From an uncultured Gemmatimonadaceae bacterium (lineage in GTDB: Bacteria; Gemmatimonadota; Gemmatimonadetes; Gemmatimonadales; Gemmatimonadaceae), in contig CAWHHI010000011.1 of assembly GCA_963829055.1 (NCBI GenBank), positions 192,001 to 256,000 of the forward strand: a stretch of 64,000 nt of DNA, in the 5' to 3' direction. Shown here piece after piece: positions 55,058 through 64,000 of the stretch. Position numbers and translations under genes: made by a program. The notes beneath the pieces are model-generated. The model was not told the origin of the DNA. It searched no databases and saw only the letters and a list, made by a program, of their open reading frames with translations. The stretch's first letter is position 1, and every line of letters starts with the position of its first letter.

Positions 55058-55993
55058 GTGAGCGGTCGAGCCTCCGCTGCCGGCGCGCCGACGGGCGCGC
55101 TCGCGGGGCGCGTGTGCGTCGTGACTGGCGCGACGCGCGGCATCGGGCGCGCGACGGCGATGCAACTCGCTCGGCTGGGCGCCGACGTCGTGATCGTCGG
55201 GCGCGATGAGGCGCGCCTCGATGCCGTGCGAATCGAAGCGAAGCACGCGGCCGGTAACGAGCGCGTGCACTGGGTGCGCGCTGACTTCGCTTCACTGGCG
55301 TCGGTACGACTCGCCGGTCAGGAGATCGCACAACGTTGGCCGGCGATTCACGTGCTCGTCAACAATGCCGGCGTGAACACCGCTCGCCGTACGACGAGCG
55401 CGGACGGCTACGAGATGACGTTCGCCGTGAACCACCTCGCGCCGTTTCTGCTGACGGCGCTTCTCGTTCCGGCGCTTACGGCAGGTGCGGTCGCTCGTGA
55501 TGCGCCATCGCGCATCGTGAACGTCGCATCGGTATTCGCGCACTTCGGTTGGCTGAGCCTCGCCGATCCCATGTTCGAGCGCCGGCGCTACGGCTCGACG
55601 CAGGCGTACAATCAGTCCAAGCTCGCGAACATCGTGTACACGATCGAGCTGGCGGCACGGCTCGAACGCTCGGGGATCACGGTGAACTGTGTCTCGCCAG
55701 GGCTCGTCGCAACGGATCTCCTGCGTGAGCACGCGTGGTTCGCGGCACGATGGCTTCGTGGATTGTGGGAGCGGGTGCTCCTCTCGCCGGACCAGGCGGC
55801 TGCTCGCATCGTGCGCGTCGCCACGTCGGACGCACTCTCGGGTACGACGGGCCAGTGCTTCGCTGGTTCAGCGCGTCCGATCGCCGTTCCTGGTCGCGCG
55901 TCTGATCCGGACACTCGGCGCCGGTTCTGGGAGCTGAGCACAGCGTTGACGGATGCGCCGGTGCTGGACACGACGCCGACTGTCGTGCGTTAG
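55058..55993 (+). CDS. Short-chain dehydrogenase/reductase (retinol dehydrogenase-like)
   Basis: TGATRGIG, NNAG, FAVNHLAPF, YNQSK. Confidence 0.93.
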   Translation: MSGRASAAGAPTGALAGRVCVVTGATRGIGRATAMQLARLGADVVIVGRDEARLDAVRIEAKHAAGNERVHWVRADFASLASVRLAGQEIAQRWPAIHVLVNNAGVNTARRTTSADGYEMTFAVNHLAPFLLTALLVPALTAGAVARDAPSRIVNVASVFAHFGWLSLADPMFERRRYGSTQAYNQSKLANIVYTIELAARLERSGITVNCVSPGLVATDLLREHAWFAARWLRGLWERVLLSPDQAAARIVRVATSDALSGTTGQCFAGSARPIAVPGRASDPDTRRRFWELSTALTDAPVLDTTPTVVR

Positions 55994-55995
55994 GC

Positions 55996-57200
55996 ATGCA
56001 CGAGCGCGCCGACCGTCGCACGAGAAACACATCGCTCGGGGAACTGGCGCGGCTGTTTCTCAAGCTCGGCACCATAGGGTTCGGCGGGCCCGCAGCGCAC
56101 ATCGCGCTCATGGAAGACGAGGTCGTGCGCCGCCGTGGCTGGCTGACACGCGAGGCATTTCTCGACTACGTCGGCGCGACGAATCTCATTCCGGGCCCGA
56201 ATTCGACGGAGCTCGCGATCGAGATCGGACGCGACCGGGCGGGCTGGCCTGGGCTCCTGGTGGCGGGGGCGTCGTTCATTGTACCGGCCGCGCTGATCGT
56301 CGGCGTGATCGCCTGGGGCTACGTGCGCTTCGGCCAACTGCCGGCGATGCTCGCGCTGCTCGCGGGCGTGAAGCCGGTGGTGATCGCGATCGTCGTGCAG
56401 GCACTGTGGCGGCTGGCCCGCACGGCGGTGAAGACGGTGTGGCTCGCGGCACTCGCGGCCGGCGTCATCGTGGCGGTCGTTGCCGGCGTGCATGAGTTGC
56501 TCGTGCTACTGGGTGCAGCGGTGGTCGCTACTCTCGGTGCTTTGCGAAAGCGCGGCGGCGCGACGCGCGCCCTTGGAGCGGGACTGCCGTTAGGCGCAGC
56601 GTGGCCGCCGGCTGCCCCGACCGTGTCGACGGCAACATCTGCGTTAGGCATGGCGGCTATCGCACCGGCGGTCTCGCTCTGGCCACTCTTCGGGATCTTC
56701 CTCAAGATCGGCTCGGTGCTGTTCGGCAGCGGCTATGTACTGCTCGCGTTCCTTCGCGCGGACTTCGTGCAGCGACTCGGCTGGCTCACGGAGCGGCAGC
56801 TGCTCGATGCGGTCGCGGTCGGGCAGGTGACGCCGGGGCCGGTATTCACGACGGCGACGTTCATCGGCTACGTGTTAGGCGGTGTTCCGGGGGCCATCGT
56901 CGCGACAGTCGGGATATTCCTGCCTGCATTCGTGTTCGTCGCGCTGAGCGGGCCGCTCGTTCCGCGCCTGCGCAAGTCGCCCGTTGCCGGGGCGGCGCTC
57001 GATGGCGTGAACGCAGCGTCGTTCGCGCTCATGGCGCTGGTCACGTGGCAGCTCGGGCGTGCGGCCATCGTGGATGTGCCGACGGCGCTGCTGGCGCTGG
57101 GTGCTGGAGTGCTGCTCGCTACATGGCGCATCAACGCGGCGTGGCTCATCCTTGGCGGTGGAATCGTGGGCGTTTGCTGGTTCGCTGCGCGCTTGAGGGC
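55996..57200 (+). CDS. chrA: Chromate efflux transporter (reads in frame into next gene; end approximate)
   Basis: GFGGPAAH, PGPNSTE, FGSGY, TPGP; two CHR domains. Confidence 0.92.
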
Positions 57201-57262
57201 CCTCTATCGGGATGCGCGCGATTCCTTGACTCCGCGCCTTCGGCGCTTCGCTCGGAATGACA
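57195..57262. repeat. Right half of palindromic repeat element
   Basis: Similar to 58091-58155; ends CGCTCGGAATGACA. Confidence 0.8.
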
Positions 57263-57264
57263 CC

Positions 57265-58023
57265 ATGGTCAACGCCTCTGCACTGCTGGTCTGGTCATTC
57301 GTTGCCCTCGCGCTCATCGTGGCCGCCGCGTTCGTGGCGGGCGTCTACCGCTCGGGTGCGACGGTCTCCGGCTCAGGCGCAGGCCGGCAAACGGCTGCTG
57401 TCGCGCTCGCGACCATTGCGTGGCTCGCCATCACGCTCGGCCTGGCGGCATCGGGGCGACTCAGCTTTACCACGAGGCCGCCGACAATGCTCGTGTTGAT
57501 CGCCGTGACGGTCGTGCTCGCGGTCGTTCTGGGGACGTCGCGCTTTGGGCTGCGGCTCGCGACGGGGTTACCGCTCGCGGCCCTCGTCGGCGTGCAGGCG
57601 TTCCGATTTCCGCTCGAGCTCATTCTGCATCGCGCTTACGTCGAAGGGCTCATGCCCGTGCAGATGAGCTTTTCCGGGTTCAACTTCGACATCCTGACCG
57701 GCTTGTCGGCGATCGTCGTCGCGCTGGCGCTGGTGCGCAAGCCGGGCTCGCTCGTACTGGTGCGCGTGTGGAATACGGCGGGGGCGGTGCTGCTGACGAA
57801 CATCGTGACCATCGCCCTGCTCTCCGCTCCGACGCCTTTCCGGTTCTTCCATAACGAGCCGGCGAACGTCTGGATCGCGCGGGCGCCGTGGGTCTGGCTG
57901 CCGACGGTGTTCGTGTTCGCGGCGATCCTTGGCCACATCGTGGTCTTTCGCCGGATCCGTCACGAGCTGAGCTCGACCGTGCGGTCCGCGGTCGCGAGTT
58001 CCCAGGCACGGATCACGATCTAG
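57265..58023 (+). CDS. Hypothetical membrane protein
   Basis: Multiple TMs; QAFRFPLE, GFNFDILTG, PWVWLP. Confidence 0.8.
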   Translation: MVNASALLVWSFVALALIVAAAFVAGVYRSGATVSGSGAGRQTAAVALATIAWLAITLGLAASGRLSFTTRPPTMLVLIAVTVVLAVVLGTSRFGLRLATGLPLAALVGVQAFRFPLELILHRAYVEGLMPVQMSFSGFNFDILTGLSAIVVALALVRKPGSLVLVRVWNTAGAVLLTNIVTIALLSAPTPFRFFHNEPANVWIARAPWVWLPTVFVFAAILGHIVVFRRIRHELSSTVRSAVASSQARITI

Positions 58024-58031
58024 TGATCGGC

Positions 58032-58232
58032 TGTCATTCCGAGCGGAGCCGCGAAGCGGCGTAGTCGAGGAATCGAGACTCTCTTCTGTAGAGGGGCCCT
58101 CTACCACCGAGTCGCGATTCCTCGACTCCGGCCTTCGGCTCCGCTCGGAATGACATCGTCCTCGACTGCGCGCCTCCGGCGCTCCGCTCGGAATGACAAC
58201 CCGCTCGGAATGACGGACGGCTCCGCTCGGAA
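58032..58232. repeat. 124-bp palindromic REP/MITE-like element plus three partial right arms
   Basis: TGTCATTCCGAGCGGAGCC...GGCTCCGCTCGGAATGACA with nested hairpins; extra CCGCTCGGAA(TGAC) arms ending near 58198, 58214 and 58232. Confidence 0.88.
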
Positions 58233-58318
58233 AAACACCTAGCACTTCCCCCGGGTCGTGCGTAACCTCGGGGTAACCATCGACAATCCGCCACACACGC
58301 GTCACCTGGAGCGCAGCC

Positions 58319-60700
58319 ATGCTCGCCTCTCGTTTTCGGCACATCCGTGCCAGCCATTCGGCTCTCGCCATCACTGCCGCGCTCGCCTGTGTGAGCGGCG
58401 CGGTCATCGGCGCAAACGCCCGCCCCTGACGGGAAGCGCCCCATGACCTTCCTCGACCAGCAGAACATGCGGCAGGTCGGGTCACCGGCGCCGAGCCCCG
58501 ATCGGAAGTGGCTGCTCTACACGATCTCCGTGCCGGACTGGAAGGAGGCCAGGCGCCAGACCGACATCTACGTCGTGTCGATGGACCAGGGCGTCGGGTC
58601 GACGCGGCAGCTCACGTACACGAAGGACAAGAGCGAAGGCGCAGCCGACGCTGGGCGCCTGACGGCTCGTTCTTCGTGTTCTCATCGAACCGTGACGCGC
58701 CGGCGAATCCGCCTGGCGGCGCAGCGCCGGCGCCGGAAGCGCCCGCTGGCGGCGGTGGCTTCGGCGGTGGCGCCGGAGGCCCCGGCTTCCAGCTCTACAT
58801 GATGCACCCCGACGGCGGCGAGGCGCGCAAGATCACGGACGCGAAGGACGGCGTCTCGACGTTCGCGTTCAGCAAGGACGGCAAGTGGCTCGTCTACCGC
58901 AGCGGCAAGGCGGGCGAGGAGCAGCTCTATCGCGTGCCGGTCGCCGGAATCGATAGCGCCAAGGCCGAGCAGATCACGCGGCACCCGACGGGCGTTGGCA
59001 TCTGGCGCTTCGCGCCGACCGGCAACCGCATCTACTTCATCACGGCCGACACGATCGATCTCGACGAGAAGCTGCGTCGCGAGAAGCGGTTCACCGTCAA
59101 CATCCGGAATCCCGAGACGCCGCTGTCGAGCCTGTGGGCGTTCGACGTCGACGGCAAGAAGACGACGCGCCTGACGAAGGACACGATCGATCACCGTCAC
59201 CGACTTCGAGATCGTCGGACGACGGCAAGTGGGTCGCGTTCCGCGGCATCTCGTCGAACCGCTACAAGCGGAACATCACCGAACAGTCGATCAACGGCGA
59301 CGACTTCCTGCTCGACGTCGCGAGCGGTCAGATCGAGCGGCTGACGAACAACAACGAAGTCGGCGAGAGCACGCCGAGCTTCTCGCCGGACTCGAAGTGG
59401 ATCGCGTTCTCGGCGCCCGATGACCTGACGCGGTACACGATGAAGAACCACCGCGTGTACATCCGCGCCGTCGCCGACAAGGGCGGCACAGTGGCGCAAG
59501 CTCGGCACGGACTTCGACGGCGACGTCGGCGTCGGTTTCTGGTCCGCAGGACGGCAAGACGATCTACTTCAACGAAGGCATCCGGGCGACGAACAAGCTG
59601 GTCGCGCTCGACGTCGCGACGGGCAAGGTCGCGTCAGCTCACGAACGAGAAGGCGTCGGTGAGCGCGAACATGGATGAGGACACGAAGCGCGATCCTCAT
59701 CAACTACGCCGACCCGATGACGCCGCCGACGATCTTCACGGTCGCATCGATCGATCAGATCGCGAACCGCAGCGTCGTGGAAGCAGCTCACCGATGCGAA
59801 CCCGCAGGTCCGCAACATCGCGTTAGGCCAGGAAGAGGAGATCACGTGGAAGTCGACCGACGGCAGGACGGTCGGCGGCGTTCTCGTGAAGCCGGTCGGC
59901 TACCGTCAGGGCCAGCGCTATCCGCTCATCGTCGCGATTCACGGCGGCCCGGCGGCGGCGGACGTGCTCGGCTTCAACGGCGGCTACGGCGCGCAGGTCG
60001 TACGCCGGCGCGGGCTACGCGGTGCTCAAGCCGAACTACCGCGGCTCGACGAACTACGGCGAGAAGCACAAGACCGACATCGTCGGTGACTACTTCCGTC
60101 TCGGCTACGACGACATCATGACGGGCGTGAACCACGCTGATCGCGCAGGGCATCGTCGACAGCACGAAGATGGGCGTGCTCGGGCTGGAGCGCCGGCGGT
60201 CACTGGTCGAACTGGATCCTGACGCACACGAATCGCTTCAAGGCGATCAGCACGGGTGCCGGCACGACGAACTGGATCTCGATGTACGCGCAGAGCGACA
60301 TGCAGCGCGAATCGTCAGTTCTACCTCGGCGACAAGCTGCCGTACGACAACTTCGACGCGTACTGGAACCAGTCGCCGATCAAGTACATCAAGAACGCGA
60401 AGACGCCGACGATGATTCACGTCGTGCACGACGATCCGCGCGTGCCGCGTCCGCAGTCGGAGGAGCTGTTCATGGCGCTCCGGCAGCTCGGCGTGCCGAC
60501 GGAGTTCTACGTCTATCCGGGCGCGAGCCACGGCATCCCCGATCCGCGCAATCAGTTCGTCAAGTCGATGGCCGAGATGGCGTGGATGGATTACTGGGTG
60601 CGCGGGAGCGGCAAGAAGTTCGCGTGGCGGGACGTGCTGAAGACGCTCGACGATTCGACGGGCGCGCGGGCGGCCGAGACCCAAGCGGTGATTCAGGAGA
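58319..60700 (+). CDS. S9 prolyl oligopeptidase family with beta-propeller, many frameshifts (end approximate)
   Basis: SPDxKW repeats, IHGGP, PNYRGS, GWSAGG, DPRV, SHG. Confidence 0.9.
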
Positions 60701-60729
60701 TCGTTAGGCTGCCGCTCGCTCGACAATCT

Positions 60730-60773
60730 GCCCCCGCTGACTCGGCCATCGTACTCGGCCGGTCAGCGGGGGC
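60730..60773. terminator. GC-rich hairpin after S9 peptidase
   Basis: GCCCCCGCTGAC...GTCAGCGGGGGC. Confidence 0.5.
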
Positions 60774-60891
60774 AAGTGCATCTGAGGTAGCGAGCGGCGT
60801 GGCCGTTATCGACCTGCTCGTGGCCGGAATTGGACCTGGAGTGCGTGTAGTGAGGACCAGAACACGAACTACACAATTCCAGGAGTCGTTA

Positions 60892-62233
60892 ATGCTTTCG
60901 TTTTCCACACGACCCGGCCACGCGATCATCGCGCTGGCCGTGGTCGCGCTCAATGCATGCGTCGATACACCGAATCCGACCGAAGTCGCGGGTACCACAT
61001 AGCCCGAGCCTCGCCGTCGGTGACGTTATTCTCGTCACGAACACCAGCGGTGCCGGTGTGGCCGGTTCCATTCGGCAGGCGCTCAATCAGGCGACTGGCG
61101 GTGAGATCATCCGCTTCGACCCGAGTCTGGCCGGCGCGAAGATCGTCCTCGATACCACCCTCGAAGTGCCGAAGAACGTGACCATCGAGGGACCTGCAGA
61201 CAAGGGCATCACGCTCAGCGGCGGAAACAAGGCGGGTGTTCTGCACGTGCACGAAGGCGCCAAGCTCGTGAACCTGACGATCACCGAAGGCAAGGCACTC
61301 GTCAGGGCGGCGGCATCCTCGCCGAAGGCGAGTTGATACTCGATCACACCACTGTCGCCGGCAATCAGGCGAGCGTCAGCGGGGGGATCAGTGGTGACGT
61401 GATCACGCTCACCAATAGCACCGTCACGAACAACCTGGCGCGCGCCGACAATGCGCTCGGCATCGCCGGAGGCATCCTGTACAACGGCACTGGACGGCTG
61501 ACGCTGATCAACAGCGTTGTGTCCAACAACGCTCCGAACGGGATCTCGCGGCGCGGCACCTTCCCCACCAAGGATATCGTCACGTTCGACAACTCGATCA
61601 TCGCGAACAACGGCGCGCAGAGTTGCATTGAGAAAGAAGGCGTGTCTTTCACGGGCCGAAACATCTCGAGCGACAATACGTGCGGCGTCAGCGCACTCAA
61701 CATGCTGGTGGTGGACCCGCTGCTCGGGCCGTTGGCCGACAACGGCGGACCGACACAGACGCGCGCACTCGATCGCAACAGTCCCGCGATCAACGCGACG
61801 GACTGCCGCGACGATCACGGTCGACCAGCGCTATGTCGCGCGCGATTCGAAGTGCGACATTGGCGCGTTCGAGTTCGTCTTCACGACCGTCACACTCACG
61901 GTCAACGCGACCGCACAGGTCGATCCGAAGACCGGAATCGCGGTGGTCGCGGGCACCGCGAAATGCAGCCGCGACGAGACGTTCGACCTCGCCGTTAGCG
62001 CGACGCAGGACCAGAGAGCCAAGCGTGTCCCGACCGTCGTGCAGGTGTCGAAGACGCTGCCGCTCGTGTGCGGCAAGACGGCGCAGCCATGGATCGTAGC
62101 GCTCGCTCCTGCGAGCGGACAGGCGTTCGAGGCGGGGACGGCTGTTGCGTCGGCTCAAACGCTGAACATCGCGAATGGGGTCACCGCTGCCTCAACGTCC
62201 GGCGACATCAAGCTCGTCTGGGCGAAGAAGTAG
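60892..62233 (+). CDS. Lipoprotein with parallel beta-helix and choice-of-anchor Q-like domain, frameshifted
   Basis: Lipobox LNAC; GSIRQA; NSTVTNN repeats; LGPLADNGGPTQT..SPAINA..DQR..CDIGAFE. Confidence 0.8.
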
Positions 62234-62596
62234 GCGCCGGGATCCGACCGGCCCCTCAGACAAGGGGAACGAACGGATCAATCTGATCGATCGGATTGAT
62301 TCATCGTGACGCTTGGTCGGTCTCGCAAACACCGGTGATGTTTGAAGAACGACCTCGGGAGACTTGAGCTTCCGGGGTCGTTCTTGCTTCAAACGGACGG
62401 TCTTGACGCGGAGGAGTCTCGCGAATTCAGGAAGCAATCCGCTCGATCCGACGCATCCGTTCGACGCTCGTCTGAGAGGTCAGACGCTCACCGATGTGCC
62501 CAGGCCGGCTACGATGACATCACAGGAGGTCCCTCATCTGCCCGCTGCGCGGGCTCCCGCGCTCGGGATGACAACTCGGCCGCGCGGGGTGACAGA

Positions 62597-64000
62597 TCAG
62601 ATCTCCGGGCCGAGATTCCCTGCCTCGAGCGACGACTCTCGGCAATCGCCTTGAGACGCGCGTCCTGGTTCTTCCGAAGGCGCGAATGCAACGACGCGCG
62701 CGGCGATACGCCATCGGGATGAAGATGCGTGCGCAGTCGAGCTGCGCCTTCGCCGCATCCTCGCTTCGCCAGCCGCTCGATCTCCCACGTCGTCCGCGAC
62801 AGCACCGTCGTCGCGAGGTAAATGTCGATCGCCGCGTTCGCCATGCGCTCCTGCAGAAACTGACGGTCGATGATCCTCTTGCCGTGGCGCAGGATCGCGT
62901 CCTCGACCCCGAGCGCGAGATCGTGCACCGAGCGTCTCGATCAGCCCCGCCTCGCGCTCGAGCGCCGGGTGCACGAGCGTGAATCGCTGCTTCGTGATCT
63001 GCCGACGCGCCCGGCCCGCGAGATACTCGCCGATGGCGCCGAGCGAACGGATCGGCGCCTTGAAGGCCGTGCCTAACGCCTTGAGCCGCTCGCCCGGCTG
63101 CTGCAGTCCCATGAGCGCGATCAGCGCACGCAGCACCTCGTTCGTCCCCTCGAAGATCAGGTTGATCCGCGAGTCGCGCACCGCCTGCTCGTACGGGATA
63201 CTCCTTCGAGTAGCCAATGCCGCCCGCGATCTGCAGCGCCTCGTTCGACGCGCGGAACGCGAGCTCCGACCCGAACACCTTGCACGCGGCCGTCTCGAGC
63301 GAGAAGTCGATGCCGCCGCGATCGACCATCCCCGCCGTCACCATCACCGCCGAGTCGAGCGCGTAACACTCGGCCGCGAGCGTCGCGATCTTGCGCTGGA
63401 TGATCTCGAACGATCCGATCGGCCGACCGAACTGCTCGCGCTGTTTCGCGTACGCGATCGCCTCGCGCATGATGCGCCGCGTTCCGCGCGCCGAGCCGGC
63501 CGCGAGCCCGAGCCGCCCCGAGTTCAGGATCTCGAGCGCGATGCGGAACCCCTGGCCCACGTCGCCGAGCCGGTCTTCCGACCGGCACGCGAACGTTCTC
63601 GAACGAGATGGCGCGCGTGTCCGACGCCTTGATGCCCATCTTCTCCTCGAGCTTGCCGAGCTGTCACGCCGTGCGCGTGCGCGTCGACGACGAACGCGGT
63701 CACCCGCGCCTTTCGCACGCCGTCGACCTCCACCGGCACCTTCGCGAACACGGTGAGGATGTCGGCGTAGCCCGCGTTCGAGATCCAGATCTTCGTGCCG
63801 TTGAGCACGTAGTGCGTGCCGTCGGCGCTCGGGACGGCGGTCGAGCGCATGGCCTGCGCGTCGGAGCCGGATCCCGGCTCCGTGAGACAGAACGCCGCGA
63901 TCGACTCGCCGCTCGCGCACTTCGGCAGGATAGCGCTGCTTCTGCTCCTCCGTTGCCGAACAGGACGATGCCCTTGCACCCGATCGACTGATGGGCGCCG
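62597..64000 (-). CDS. Acyl-CoA dehydrogenase (VLCAD/ACAD9-like), 5' end off window, frameshifted
   Basis: [48 protein letters not shown]. Confidence 0.92.

Noticed and set aside
58032..58232. CRISPR array
   Set aside because: Units are inverted, nested and irregularly spaced, with no unique spacers and no cas genes.
60256..61002. Fusion of S9 peptidase with the downstream lipoprotein
   Set aside because: An intervening hairpin, a separate RBS/ATG at 60892 and heavy local indel noise point to an artefact.
452..63078. Integron cassette array suggested by GCCTAAC/GTTAGGC cores
   Set aside because: No intI in the window. Cores are mostly inside genes and I did not see them paired as RYYYAAC...GTTRRRY hairpins at attC spacing.

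Overview
High-GC (roughly two-thirds G+C, judged by eye) bacterial chromosomal window. The gene content (ECF sigma + Ser/Thr kinase modules, BTAD/SARP-TPR regulator, ADOP-type permease fragments, many lipoproteins) suggests Gemmatimonadota, which is inference. Many recognisable genes are split by single-base frameshifts, most likely from an unpolished long-read assembly. Main structure: (i) an accessory-type region at 1-29.5 kb with copper amine oxidase, serine hydrolase, Leu/Phe/Val dehydrogenase, P450, SGNH hydrolase, TetR/HXXEE, orphan cpaB and two ECF/kinase modules; (ii) a ~19 kb integrase-less island bounded by tRNA-Asn(GTT) (48720-48792) and a 34-bp copy of its 3' end (29621-29654), carrying DUF3604-PPIase-HupE/UreJ, DUF4238, an arsR-arsM-arsN2-metallophosphoesterase-aquaporin operon, a SARP-like regulator with 11-bp-periodic heptamers, an IS630 with an amber-interrupted transposase, and an ~889-aa coiled-coil protein; (iii) a more core-like region with HAD, Zc3h12a-like PIN RNase, two DUF4142, rsgA, SDR, chrA, S9 peptidase and acyl-CoA dehydrogenase, plus a family of palindromic repeats. 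The most striking unexplained signal is the non-palindromic heptamer CCTAACG/CGTTAGG (often GCCTAACG). It occurs about 59 times by manual count, on both strands, in genes and intergenic DNA, and forces rare codons.
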